From Candidatus Cloacimonadota bacterium (lineage in GTDB: Bacteria; UBA4055), in contig PDON01000060.1 of NCBI GenBank assembly GCA_002742935.1, positions 70,178 to 134,177 on the forward strand: a stretch of DNA of 64,000 nt, given 5' to 3'. Shown piece by piece: positions 1 through 10,167 of the stretch. The notes under the pieces were generated by a model. It was not told the DNA's origin and ran no database searches. It was given only the letters and a program-made list of their open reading frames with translations. The position numbers and the translations under genes were made by a program. Position 1 is the first letter of the stretch. Each line of letters starts with the position of its first letter.

Positions 1-32
1 TCAGAGAAAGATTAAATAAGGGAGCTATTAAA

Positions 33-58
33 GAGAGAGTTTTTGCTCTCTCTTTTTG
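33..58 (+). terminator. rho-independent terminator-like hairpin: AGAGAGAG / CTCTCTCT stem, 5-nt loop, then T-run
   Basis: 8-bp perfect stem at 33-40 and 46-53 followed by TTTTT; seen directly in sequence. Confidence 0.45.
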
Positions 59-202
59 ATTAAATCCTAAACTTTTAAAAATATTTAATCATATTTGTTT
101 AGGTAATTAGATCTTTGATTTTTATATTGAATGAAAAGATTTTAAGTAAAAGCAATATTTATTAAAAAATCTTAAGTTTAAATTTTATAAGAAGTATTAA
201 AA

Positions 203-667
203 ATGAGATATTTTATAATAATATTTTTACTTTCAACAATATTAAGGTCGGAATTAAGCGACTCGGTTATTGCTCCCTCTCTATCCTTCATTATTCCGGG
301 AGGTGGTCAATTTTACAACAAGCAGTATATTAGGGGATCTATATACTCAGGTATTGAGCTAGCTTTCTTTTATGGTATATACTATTCGGTTGATAAGGTA
401 AACTACTACAGAGATCAGAAAAGTAATTTATCTCACGAAGATCCTCTTTATCAAGAAAAAAAACAGTTCTATAAAAGAAGAATAAAAAGATATAGGCGAG
501 AAAGAAATAATTATACATGGCTTACGGTTGCAACCGTTTTACTTTCTGCCGGAGATGCTTTTGTAACTACAAAATTTAAAGAGTTCTACAAAAGAGCAGG
601 AGATGGTAAAGGTATTGATATAAAAACTAGTTATAACGGTATAGCTCTTATCTATAACTTTAATTAG
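203..667 (+). CDS. hypothetical secreted/membrane protein (N-terminal signal-like hydrophobic segment, basic Tyr-rich middle)
   Basis: ORF of 154 aa with hydrophobic N-terminus; no recognisable catalytic motif. Confidence 0.35.
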   Translation: MRYFIIIFLLSTILRSELSDSVIAPSLSFIIPGGGQFYNKQYIRGSIYSGIELAFFYGIYYSVDKVNYYRDQKSNLSHEDPLYQEKKQFYKRRIKRYRRERNNYTWLTVATVLLSAGDAFVTTKFKEFYKRAGDGKGIDIKTSYNGIALIYNFN

Positions 668-753
668 ATTTATGATAAAGATATATCTGGAACTTTGCTA
701 AAAATGGGAGGAGTATTAGAGAAGTTACTCTCTAAATTGATAAACCAACTAGA

Positions 754-1488
754 TTAAAAGTAATCAATACTGCTAATACTACTTGACAGCTCTCTATTTA
801 CATTAATGTTTAGGTAAATAGATGATATTATCAAAACTAAAAATTCAACAAACAAAAGTATAGAAAATAAAAGATTAGGATACTCTAAAACCATTCCATT
901 TATATAGTTTATATACTCTATAAAAACATATATTTTATAAATATTGAGAGATAAAATAAAAATTATTATAAAAAGTATTGAAATAATAGTAGAACTTAAT
1001 TTAAACTTTTCTCTTAATATATTAGAGAAGTATATAAAAATTAAAGAACTCCCAATAAAAATATAACTAAAAATAGTATATATAAGAAATGGTACATCTA
1101 TATATGCATGTATATTTGTTAGATAGAACAACAAAGGCAAAACAGATACAGAATAAACAGCTATCCTTAAAATGGTATATGTAAGGATACCAGAAAGATA
1201 GTAATATAAACATTTTCTATTTGTTTTTAACAGAAAAATATATCTTTTCTCTCTGTTTATAGTTCTAAAAAGATAAATAGCAGGGGTAAGTAATATAAAA
1301 AATGAAGAGATGGCTATTATTCTACTTAAAATATTCACAGATTCAATAATTGAGACAGCACCTTTAAAAACATTCAAAAAAGCACCTAAAACAAAGAAAG
1401 AAGCTATTTCAATTACAAATATTAATAAATCTTTTTTAAAAAAAGATTTAATAGATCTAATTAAAGATGTTTTAAAAAATAGACCCAC
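754..1488 (-). CDS. polytopic membrane protein, probably the permease partner (ABC-2-like) of the adjacent ATPase-like gene
   Basis: 244 aa with about 6 hydrophobic helices; lies immediately downstream of the ABC ATPase-like ORF on the same strand. Confidence 0.4.
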   Translation of the reverse strand: MGLFFKTSLIRSIKSFFKKDLLIFVIEIASFFVLGAFLNVFKGAVSIIESVNILSRIIAISSFFILLTPAIYLFRTINREKRYIFLLKTNRKCLYYYLSGILTYTILRIAVYSVSVLPLLFYLTNIHAYIDVPFLIYTIFSYIFIGSSLIFIYFSNILREKFKLSSTIISILFIIIFILSLNIYKIYVFIEYINYINGMVLEYPNLLFSILLFVEFLVLIISSIYLNINVNRELSSSISSIDYF

Positions 1489-1551
1489 TATTTCACGCCC
1501 CTCCTCATAAAAACTAATATTAATTTTTTAGATAAAAGAGTAATTTAATCT

Positions 1552-2190
1552 CTAAACAGACTTACTAAGTGTATTACTGCTGTTTAAAATATATAAATCA
1601 TCAGATAACCCACTATAGTCTCCTAAACCATAGGTTGCTATAAGTATCATTGCTCCACTTTCCTTTAAAGATTCAACTATTTTTTTAAAAGGAAGATATA
1701 GATCACACGAAAAGTATAGTAGTGGCTCAAACATAACAATTACAGAATCTCTTATAATAACACTATTAAACAACCTTGTAAGATTTATAACAAGCGGTGT
1801 TAGGTTTTCTCTCTCCAACTTTAAATATCTGTTAAACTCAAAAAAAGATTCAAACCAAGACAAACGAGAGCTTATGACATTTTTATCAACACCTCTAAAT
1901 TTACCCTTATAATTAATATAATCTTTAATAGTTAAATATGGAGGATCAGGATAATTAACTGAATAGAAGCCAACCTTCTTTTTACGACTCGAAATTAAAA
2001 AATCTGAACTATTTAACAATATTTCTCCCTTTTTATGGGGTATAATTCCTGAAATTGTTAGAAGAAGAAGATCAATATCAGATTTTTGATCCGCTTTAAT
2101 AATAGAAATACTGCCTTTATGTAGATCTAAATTACCAAAATCAAGTTCTCTTTTATTGTGGGATATAACTAAATCTCTAAGTTGTAACAT
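1552..2190 (-). CDS. ABC ATPase-like protein with degenerate Walker A / signature motifs (probably non-catalytic)
   Basis: Overall ABC NBD layout (Walker-B-like VIVMFEPLL, D-loop region) but P-loop replaced by IKADQKSD and LSGGQ replaced by LSWFE. Confidence 0.4.
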   Translation of the reverse strand: MLQLRDLVISHNKRELDFGNLDLHKGSISIIKADQKSDIDLLLLTISGIIPHKKGEILLNSSDFLISSRKKKVGFYSVNYPDPPYLTIKDYINYKGKFRGVDKNVISSRLSWFESFFEFNRYLKLERENLTPLVINLTRLFNSVIIRDSVIVMFEPLLYFSCDLYLPFKKIVESLKESGAMILIATYGLGDYSGLSDDLYILNSSNTLSKSV

Positions 2191-2252
2191 AACGACCTAA
2201 ATATATTTTACTCTATAAGAAAATAACTTTATTTATTAAGTAAAAAGTTCTC

Positions 2253-2699
2253 CTAATCTCCATACTTATATCTGTTTAGAATTCTTCTATCCCTTTTTGT
2301 GGGTCTTCCTTTTCCTCTCATCTCTTTCAAATTTTTCTTATCCTGCTCTTCAATAATCTTCATTAGTTCAGACTTTTCTTTACTAACTTTAATCTCTTTT
2401 TCAATCTCCTCATACATCTCTCTGGCAATCTCAGCACTAACAGATTTTAAAGATAGCGATAAAACTTTATAATCATGATAAGTATTATCTCTTTTTACAG
2501 TAATAAGATCTCCCCTCTTTATCATTTTTGAAGGTTTAACTCTCTCATGATTAACCTTTACATGACCTTTTGCAACGTATTCAGCAGCTTTTTCTCTCTG
2601 TTTATAAAATCTTGTTATCTTTAGCCACTTATCCAATCTCATAGTATCAAGATCTGACACAAAAACTCCAAATATCATAATTAAACTATCAATTATCAA
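2253..2699 (-). CDS. hslR: ribosome-associated heat shock protein Hsp15 (S4 RNA-binding domain); true start probably the internal Met at 2642 (MRLDKWL...)
   Basis: RLDKWLxxxRFYKxR S4 motif, KPSK, and C-terminal RPxKRDRRxLxRYKYG all match E. coli Hsp15 as recalled. Confidence 0.65.
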   Translation of the reverse strand: MIIDSLIMIFGVFVSDLDTMRLDKWLKITRFYKQREKAAEYVAKGHVKVNHERVKPSKMIKRGDLITVKRDNTYHDYKVLSLSLKSVSAEIAREMYEEIEKEIKVSKEKSELMKIIEEQDKKNLKEMRGKGRPTKRDRRILNRYKYGD

Positions 2700-2726
2700 C
2701 CATACAATATAGTTAGATATAATAAA

Positions 2727-3752
2727 TTATCCAAAAACAGTAAAAAAAACATTCTTTATATGATCAATATTATCATCCTTAATCATATAATGGGTAACAA
2801 ACCTAATTTTATGCTTACCTACGGAAAATGAAAAAATCCCATTTTCAGAAAGAGTTTTAACAACATCTTCGGCTAACCTTTCCTCAGTATCTATGTAGAA
2901 AATATTGGTTTTAACAAGATCAAGATCCACAGAAAATCCGTTAATACTATCTACAAATTTGGCAATCTCTAAAGCTCTTCTATTATCATCTACAATAATC
3001 TTAGATATTTTCTTTAAGGAAACAATACCTGGTGCTGCAATCACACCCGCTTGTCTCATACCCCCTCCAAGAACCTTTCTTACCCTTCTTGCCTTTGTTA
3101 TAAACTCCTTACTCCCTACCAAAAGAGATCCTATAGGGGAACCAAGACCTTTTGAGAGACAGATCATTCCACTATCAACAAATTTAAAAACTTGATTCAA
3201 ATCAACATTTAAATATGATATAGCGTTAAATATTCTCGCACCATCTAAGTGTATATTTAAACCTTTACTCTTTGCAAGCTTGTACACTCTTTCCATATAT
3301 GAAAGCTCAAGAGGAGATCCGTTACATCTGTTATGGGTTGATTCCAAGCAGATTAGTTTAGTTTCGGGAAAGTGGATATTTTCATCTCTTAAGCTATTTT
3401 CTATATCATCAATATCTATTGTTCCATCTTCATAATTCTTTAACGGCTTTGGAATAAGAGATGCTATAGATGATATACCACCCTGTTCATAGTAGTAGAT
3501 ATGAGATTGATCCCCTAAAACAACCTCACTCCCCCTATTACAATGAACCATAAGAGCTATTAGATTTCCCATTGTTCCTGAACTAACCAAGAGAGCAGAC
3601 TCTTTACCTGTCATCTCTGATATAAGATTTTCAAGCTCTATAACACTCTTATCTTCACGAAAAACATCATCACCAAGTTTGGCATTAACTATAGCTTTTT
3701 TCATCTCATCTGTAGGAAGAGTAAAGGTATCACTTCTTAAATCTGTTATCAT
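2727..3752 (-). CDS. ltaE: low-specificity L-threonine aldolase (PLP-dependent)
   Basis: N-terminal DLRSDTFTxPT motif, GTMGN PLP-region, 341 aa typical for the family. Confidence 0.8.
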   Translation of the reverse strand: MITDLRSDTFTLPTDEMKKAIVNAKLGDDVFREDKSVIELENLISEMTGKESALLVSSGTMGNLIALMVHCNRGSEVVLGDQSHIYYYEQGGISSIASLIPKPLKNYEDGTIDIDDIENSLRDENIHFPETKLICLESTHNRCNGSPLELSYMERVYKLAKSKGLNIHLDGARIFNAISYLNVDLNQVFKFVDSGMICLSKGLGSPIGSLLVGSKEFITKARRVRKVLGGGMRQAGVIAAPGIVSLKKISKIIVDDNRRALEIAKFVDSINGFSVDLDLVKTNIFYIDTEERLAEDVVKTLSENGIFSFSVGKHKIRFVTHYMIKDDNIDHIKNVFFTVFG

Positions 3753-3849
3753 TTTATTACTCCAATATTGTTAGAACCTCTCAATATAAAAGAATAAAAC
3801 CTCCATTTTCGGAGGTTTTATACAAAAATCAAATATCATAAACTTATGA

Positions 3850-4764
3850 TTAACGCTTAGGAGTTGCTTTACTCTCAATCTGTCTATAATCTCTAATCTC
3901 ATGCTCATTTATAATATTGTCCCAGTTAAAGAATAGAAGATTTGTGTCTTTTGTTTTCCACATATTTCTAACAAGTTGAGAAGGAACATCAGCAGGAAGA
4001 TCAAGTTCTTGAACCCCTTTTTGTAAATAACCTGCATACTCAATATCATCTACAACAATACCAAAGAAAAGATCAGAGCTTGAATGACCGTACATAATAT
4101 GACCAAGATTAAGTACAACAACTCTTGTGTCATCATTAATTTTCAACTCCTCTCCCATCTCAGCATGAAGATTAATAACAGGTATTCTTCCGCCTCTTAC
4201 CTGTACTTGGTGTTTCATCATTCCTGTTCCTTGAGGATACTCTGTAAGCATCTCTTGATTAATCTTCATAACCTCTATAACAGAGTTCATGCTTTCAGCC
4301 CAGTAGATACCACAGATATTAAGTACAAGGTTAGCCAAAGGCTCTTTGAATGATCTGTCAGGATTGGTCATTGTAAGATTTTTTCTGAAAGTAGAAGGTT
4401 CTAAAATATTTTGGATAGACTCTCCGATCTTTCTAAGCTCATCTGAAAGAATATGTGCTTTACTATTATTAACTCTCTTAGCTTCCAAAAGAGCGTTGAT
4501 ACCTAGCAACCTTAAAAGAGAACCAATATTTTCCATTTGAGGCTCAACATCTTCTATAGCTTGATCTTCAAACTTAATCTTACCTAAAATATCTCTTTCA
4601 ATTGCAATAGAAAATTTTGTAGCCTCGTTTGCAATAGCTTTCACACCCCTGCCAAAAGGTCCTGCTTCAGTAGATGCAAGGTGAAGTTGTAAAACTATAT
4701 TGTTCATCATATTTACAATATTTTCCAATTTCCACGCTTTTTTTTCAAGAATAGATGCACTCAT
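3850..4764 (-). CDS. chemotaxis-like protein: short MCP-signalling-domain-like segment (GRGVKAIANEA) fused to a C-terminal CheW-like domain
   Basis: xGRGFAVVAxEV-like motif near N-terminus; C-terminal IPVINLxxxxG...VVVLNLG...GIVVDDI resembles the CheW fold consensus. Confidence 0.4.
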   Translation of the reverse strand: MSASILEKKAWKLENIVNMMNNIVLQLHLASTEAGPFGRGVKAIANEATKFSIAIERDILGKIKFEDQAIEDVEPQMENIGSLLRLLGINALLEAKRVNNSKAHILSDELRKIGESIQNILEPSTFRKNLTMTNPDRSFKEPLANLVLNICGIYWAESMNSVIEVMKINQEMLTEYPQGTGMMKHQVQVRGGRIPVINLHAEMGEELKINDDTRVVVLNLGHIMYGHSSSDLFFGIVVDDIEYAGYLQKGVQELDLPADVPSQLVRNMWKTKDTNLLFFNWDNIINEHEIRDYRQIESKATPKR

Positions 4765-4960
4765 CTTTTATCCCCTTCTATATTTTCTAATTTTAAAACA
4801 CTCTCTAGGTTTTCCTATGCTAATATATATAGAATAAGGAGTAATTACAAAATAAATATTGAAATTGATTGTTAATTTTGAATAAATATTGGTATATTTA
4901 AGTGTTAGTAATTTAAAAATTGGAACAATAGTATAAGAATAAGTTTAAGGATCTAACTTT

Positions 4961-6592
4961 ATGAAGACTATTTTTATAGTTTTATCTCTTTTTAACTGTT
5001 TATATTCCCAGATAATAATTAATGAAATTATGTTTAATCCTAATGGAAATGAATATCATACGGAATTTGTAGAGATATATAATAAAGGTAATAATCCCAT
5101 TGATTTAACAAATTTTACTATAGGAGACCAGGACGAGCAGGATAATATTTTACCTTATAATGAAAATTTCACAAACATACTACCTCCAATGAGTTATGGA
5201 ATTATACTTGATTCTTCATACGAGGAAAACTCAACATATTATGAAGATCTTATACCTACAGGAGTCTGCAGATTTGTTATAGATGACGGATCTTTTGGTA
5301 AGTATGGATTTTCCAACAGCGTTGAAGAAACTGTTATTTTAAAAGACAACAATAGCAATACTATAGATGAGGTAACTTACACAATTGATCAAAATCCGGG
5401 TTTTAGTGATGAGCGAATAATGATAGATCAAAACCTGTGGAGTAACTCTCTTTATGAAAGAGGAACGCCGGGTTTTAGAAATTCATCAACTCCGCTTGAT
5501 AGAGATCTTATGATTAAACCTATAGATAATCTAATTTATCTTGATGGAGAGGCTGGCTTTACTGTTTCTATTGAAAATAGAGGAGTTTCTGCTATAGAAC
5601 AATTTACTCTCACTGTAAAATTGGGATCAGAAGTTTTATACAGCGTAGACAACAGTTCTCCTTTAGCTCCAAATAGTGTAGTTGATTTTGAAATAGACCA
5701 ACTTAATTTAGATTATGGATACAATAAACTATCACTTATTCTTGAATGCGAAGATGATCTAAACCTTTCAAATAATCAAATCAATGTTGAAACTTTTAGA
5801 AAGTTTGGGAAAAGTAGCATAGTTTTGAATGAGTTTATGAAATCTCCAAGTGAAAACAGTTGTGAGTGGATAGAAATATACAACCTCTCTAACAATAGTT
5901 TTAATATAAAGTATTTATCTGTGGGAGATTTAACATCTCAAGTTGTAGTTAAAGACTCAGTAGAGTTAGAACCCAATGATTACTTTGTCTTTGCTAAAGA
6001 TTCTTCAATAATATCCTTTTATGGAGAGATTGAAAATATCATTATATCGAAACAATTCCCTGCTCTATCATCAGATGACAACCTAATTATTAAAGACCCG
6101 GAAAATGTAGTATTGGATAGCTTTTACTATAAGAATATTTGGAATGAAGAGTATGATAGATCTATTGAAAAAATAAACCCTAAGTTACAATCTCAAAGTA
6201 GTTCCTCTTGGGCAGTTTCAATAGAGAAAGGAACCCCATCTAAAAGAAACTCTGTTTATACGGAGATTGGTAATAATAGCAGTAAAAACAGTCTCAAACT
6301 AAAATCAAAAGTTATTACTCCAAATGGAGATGGGAAGAAAGATAATTTTATTATTGAGTATAATTTTGAAAAACCTTTTATAAATCTTTCAATTGACATT
6401 TTCAATATTAAGGGGCAGAAGATCCATACACTCTGTAAAGAGAGCTATCAAAATAGTAGTGGAACATATATATGGAATTGCAAAAGAAAAAACAGAAAAC
6501 TTAAATTGGGATCCTATCTAGCTTTCATAAAGGTGAAATCAGGAGATTTTGAAAAAGATTATAAAAAACCTTTCTATATTGGAAAAAAATAG
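4961..6592 (+). CDS. secreted protein with two lamin-tail domains (LTD) and a C-terminal CHU_C / T9SS type-B sorting domain
   Basis: Signal peptide; INEIMFNP...EFVEIYN and LNEFMKSP...EWIEIYN LTD motifs; C-terminal ITPNGDGKKDNF motif typical of the gliding-motility C-terminal domain. Confidence 0.6.
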   Translation: MKTIFIVLSLFNCLYSQIIINEIMFNPNGNEYHTEFVEIYNKGNNPIDLTNFTIGDQDEQDNILPYNENFTNILPPMSYGIILDSSYEENSTYYEDLIPTGVCRFVIDDGSFGKYGFSNSVEETVILKDNNSNTIDEVTYTIDQNPGFSDERIMIDQNLWSNSLYERGTPGFRNSSTPLDRDLMIKPIDNLIYLDGEAGFTVSIENRGVSAIEQFTLTVKLGSEVLYSVDNSSPLAPNSVVDFEIDQLNLDYGYNKLSLILECEDDLNLSNNQINVETFRKFGKSSIVLNEFMKSPSENSCEWIEIYNLSNNSFNIKYLSVGDLTSQVVVKDSVELEPNDYFVFAKDSSIISFYGEIENIIISKQFPALSSDDNLIIKDPENVVLDSFYYKNIWNEEYDRSIEKINPKLQSQSSSSWAVSIEKGTPSKRNSVYTEIGNNSSKNSLKLKSKVITPNGDGKKDNFIIEYNFEKPFINLSIDIFNIKGQKIHTLCKESYQNSSGTYIWNCKRKNRKLKLGSYLAFIKVKSGDFEKDYKKPFYIGKK

Positions 6593-6605
6593 TTACTACT
6601 TTGGG

Positions 6606-7628
6606 TTATTCCCTATCTTTCTTTATTTTATTAACTCTTATAGGAGGGAACTTTTTGGTATCACTTTCTCCCATATTAGAACTCCAACTTAAACTTTTTA
6701 CAACTGATCTCTTTCCTATATTTGTGAAAACAATCACTCCTGAGTATTGAGATCCTGCATTAACTCTTCTTCTAAGCATAACATTAGAGTATTTTTTATA
6801 AGCATTTCTATCAACCTTATGAATATTCCCCCTTGAATCTATCAACTCAAATTTTTCAGGATCAACAATCCTGTATCCACTTTCTCTGTTATCATAATAG
6901 TTAACATTAATAATAAGATCCCCACCATTTAGCCTTACACTTTCTATATCAAAACCTATACTTTTTTTTCTTTCTTTAAGAAACAGCCTATTGGAAATAA
7001 CCTTATTCCTTAAAGAGGATATCTTCCTTTTATTAAATTTCAGTTCCTCAGCATCTTCAAGATATTTTTCAACCTTATCTAGAAGATAATTATCTCCGCT
7101 ATCCAACCATAATTTAAAGTTTTTTTCTGCATCTCTATAGTAGATTTTTGCCGCTTCAACATCTACAGATTTAAGTATCTCTTCACCTTCAAGATAACCA
7201 AGAGCAATGGATCTTTTTATAAGTTCAACACCTTTGGAAGTAAAAAAGGAACTTTGAAAGTTGCTTCCATTTTTACCCTTTTTTATATAAGCCTCTCCAA
7301 TAATAGATAGATTTTTTGCATAAGTAAAATTTATCAGAGAATCATTATCCAAAGAGTAGATCATACCTTTATCAAGCATTCTCATTGCCTCTTCAACCCT
7401 GCCCATATCTACTTTCTCCTTGGCTTTCAGAAAATAGAGAGTAATAATATCTTTCCTAACCTCCTTATCTTCATAGTTATCCTCAAGTTGCTGCTTAGCC
7501 AGTTTTAAAGCAGTATCACAATCCCCTTTATCCATATAAGTTTTATAATTATCATTACAAGATATAATTATAAATAAAAAAGCTAATAACAAATATTTAA
7601 ACACCAAGATCTCCATATTTTTTCTCAC
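6606..7628 (-). CDS. hypothetical lipoprotein (lipobox IISC) with TPR-like N-terminal half
   Basis: Signal peptide ending in IISC-N; no catalytic motifs. Confidence 0.45.
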   Translation of the reverse strand: MRKNMEILVFKYLLLAFLFIIISCNDNYKTYMDKGDCDTALKLAKQQLEDNYEDKEVRKDIITLYFLKAKEKVDMGRVEEAMRMLDKGMIYSLDNDSLINFTYAKNLSIIGEAYIKKGKNGSNFQSSFFTSKGVELIKRSIALGYLEGEEILKSVDVEAAKIYYRDAEKNFKLWLDSGDNYLLDKVEKYLEDAEELKFNKRKISSLRNKVISNRLFLKERKKSIGFDIESVRLNGGDLIINVNYYDNRESGYRIVDPEKFELIDSRGNIHKVDRNAYKKYSNVMLRRRVNAGSQYSGVIVFTNIGKRSVVKSLSWSSNMGESDTKKFPPIRVNKIKKDRE

Positions 7629-7779
7629 CCTATAAAGATAGTAAATTTACCGTTTATAGGCTATTGAAAATTTTCAAACTATAATATTTGAAAAATATAT
7701 CTATTTAAGATATGATGAACTATTATTTTTGAATTTCATCTTTTATTAACTATTTTATTACTAAACAAGTAAATTTTAT

Positions 7780-8565
7780 GTGAAAGTTAGTGTTATGAAA
7801 GATCTTTTTGCGTTCAGATATCTGTTCAAAGGTGGAGGCTTCCTTTTAAAAAACAAGACTCTCTTCAAATATATCTTTTTGCAGATTATTACCGGGGTGA
7901 TCCTATTTTCTCTATTTTTTGTTCTAGCCACAACACATGGAGGAGGGATCTACGATAAATACTTCATATATCTAAAAAATGATCCAAGTATTTGGTACAA
8001 TATTCTCTACTACTTGGTGATGCCATTTTTTTTCTTAATTCTCTTTGGATTAGGAACGTATCTTACTTTTCTTGTAACTCAACTTGTGGTTTCACCAATA
8101 AATACACTATTAGCACAAAAAACGGCAAAATTATACAGAGGTTTTGATATTGAGGATAGTGGATCTTTCTTTAAAGGTTTGTTAAAAGATATTAGATATG
8201 AAATTGTTAAGTTTATTATCTTTTCACTTGTTTATATACTTCTCTTCTCTCTTATAATAATACCTGTTATTGGAGGAGTTCTATTTATTGTACTTTCAAC
8301 AATCTTCACAATATTTTCACTCTCTTTTGAGTTTATTGAAATCTCTATGGATAGAGAAAAAACTAGTGTAAGACACAGAATCTCACTTTTACTAAAGAGA
8401 CCATTTATGACTTTTAGTTATGGAGGTGGAATCTTTATTCTATTCGCTCTACCAATAATAGGTATAATATTCTACCCAATTGCCGTAATTGGAGCTACAT
8501 TACTCTACGAGGATAGGATATCCTCAGAAAATATTAATAAAAATAGTAGAAAAGAAATAAGTTAA
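7780..8565 (+). CDS. CysZ/EI24-family inner membrane protein
   Basis: Four TM segments; C-terminal PIAVIGATLLYED resembles CysZ PVAVCGATAMWVD. Confidence 0.5.
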   Translation: MKVSVMKDLFAFRYLFKGGGFLLKNKTLFKYIFLQIITGVILFSLFFVLATTHGGGIYDKYFIYLKNDPSIWYNILYYLVMPFFFLILFGLGTYLTFLVTQLVVSPINTLLAQKTAKLYRGFDIEDSGSFFKGLLKDIRYEIVKFIIFSLVYILLFSLIIIPVIGGVLFIVLSTIFTIFSLSFEFIEISMDREKTSVRHRISLLLKRPFMTFSYGGGIFILFALPIIGIIFYPIAVIGATLLYEDRISSENINKNSRKEIS

Positions 8566-8766
8566 ATACTAACAGATATATACTGATTCTAAATATTTAG
8601 ATCAGTATGAAACATTTCTATTTATACCTAGTATCATACTCATTAATGCGAATTGAAGATAAAATTTTGAAGGTTGCACAGATAAAAACAGTTAATAAAA
8701 GATAAATAATTGTAATAGTTTCCATAACAGCTGTTATCTAAATCTTTTAGAGAAGTAGGAGAAGAG

Positions 8767-10116
8767 ATGGGAAAGTTAAATATTGTAGCTATCATAGGGA
8801 GACCTAACATTGGCAAATCAACTTTATTTAATAGAATAACTAAAACCAAAACATCTATTGTTTCTGATCAAAGTGGGGTTACCAGAGATAGAATATATAG
8901 AAATGTTGATTGGAACAGTAGAAGATTTACTTTAGTTGATACAGGCGGGATGGTTCCTGATAGTGGTGATTATTTTGAAGAAAGAATTAGAGATCAAGCA
9001 CAGATTGCAGTTGATGAAGCGGATTCTATCATTTTTTTAATGGATGTTAAAACAGGGATTACAACAATAGATCATGATATTGCGAAATTCCTTAAAAGGT
9101 CTAACAAGAAGATAACCCTTGTTATAAATAAAGTGGATGATGAAAGATGGGAAAATGATTCTTACGAGTTTTATAGCTTAGGACTTGGAGACCCCATACC
9201 TATCTCTGCTATGAATGGCAGGAACATTGGTAATATGTTAGATATTGTTACAGAAGATTTTAAAACATTCGATTACAATGATGAAGTTGAAGAGGAGGAG
9301 GATGACGGAAAGTTAAAAATAGCCGTACTCGGAAGACCCAATGCCGGTAAATCTTCATTAGTCAATGCTTTTCTAAATCAAGATAAGATGATTGTATCAG
9401 ATATACCCGGAACTACCAGAGACTCCGTAGATTCCTTTATGAGATATAAGAAAAAAGAGGTTGTATTAATTGATACCGCAGGTTTAAGAAGAAAAACCAA
9501 GGTTAAGGATGATTTAGAATTCTACTCCACAGTTAGAACATTAAAAGCAATTGACAGGTGTGATGTTGCAATACTAATGGTTGATGTCGAGATAGGTTTA
9601 ACTACTCAAGATATTACAATCATTCAAGAAATAATATCTCAGCTAAAAGGTATTATTATTGCCGTAAACAAATGGGATACAGTTGAAGATAAACACTCCA
9701 AAATAGTTAAGGAGTATGAAGAAGCTTTAAGATATCACATTGAATGGATAAAATATGTTCCTATAAAATTTATATCAGTATTAGAAAAACAAAGATTGTA
9801 TAAACTTTTAGATCTTGCTATTGATATTAAAGATGAAAGAAGCAAAAAAATTCCTACAAATGTTTTAATGGACTATTTTGTTCCTATAATTAGGAAAACA
9901 CCTCCAGCTTCAATAATGGGTAGATTTGTTAAAATTACATTTATTTCTCAGGTTGCCGTAAACCCTCCTGTATTTGTTTTCTTTTGCAACTATCCGGAAG
10001 CTCTTAAAGATAATTACAAAAAATTTCTTGAAAGAAAACTTAGAGAAAAATTTAATTTCCAAGGCTTGCCTTTAAAAATTAAATTTAAAAGTAAGTATTC
10101 GGAGCAGGAGAAATAG
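8767..10116 (+). CDS. der: ribosome-biogenesis GTPase Der (EngA), two tandem GTPase domains plus KH-like C-terminus
   Basis: GRPNIGKST and GRPNAGKSS P-loops, two DTAG/DTGG motifs, NKVD/NKWD G4 motifs; preceded by AGGAG. Confidence 0.9.
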   Translation: MGKLNIVAIIGRPNIGKSTLFNRITKTKTSIVSDQSGVTRDRIYRNVDWNSRRFTLVDTGGMVPDSGDYFEERIRDQAQIAVDEADSIIFLMDVKTGITTIDHDIAKFLKRSNKKITLVINKVDDERWENDSYEFYSLGLGDPIPISAMNGRNIGNMLDIVTEDFKTFDYNDEVEEEEDDGKLKIAVLGRPNAGKSSLVNAFLNQDKMIVSDIPGTTRDSVDSFMRYKKKEVVLIDTAGLRRKTKVKDDLEFYSTVRTLKAIDRCDVAILMVDVEIGLTTQDITIIQEIISQLKGIIIAVNKWDTVEDKHSKIVKEYEEALRYHIEWIKYVPIKFISVLEKQRLYKLLDLAIDIKDERSKKIPTNVLMDYFVPIIRKTPPASIMGRFVKITFISQVAVNPPVFVFFCNYPEALKDNYKKFLERKLREKFNFQGLPLKIKFKSKYSEQEK

Positions 10117-10167
10117 AGTTTAATTAAAGTTAAATTATTAATTTTACAATTATTTAAGGAGAGAATT

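Noticed and set aside
2905-3195. Antisense ORFs embedded in longer genes (2905-3195, 4084-4540, 12489-12821, 15858-16046, 18672-19236, 19449-19727, 20928-21342, 25883-26770, 27659-28230, 34328-35619, 37208-39259, 43947-44216, 44812-45012, 45531-45764, 46520-46780, 49031-49273, 49496-49732, 53892-54080, 54398-54604, 60099-60512, 63562-63756)
   Set aside because: All lie fully inside confidently assigned genes on the opposite strand or alternate frame, have AT-rich low-complexity translations and no motifs; typical spurious ORFs of a low-GC genome
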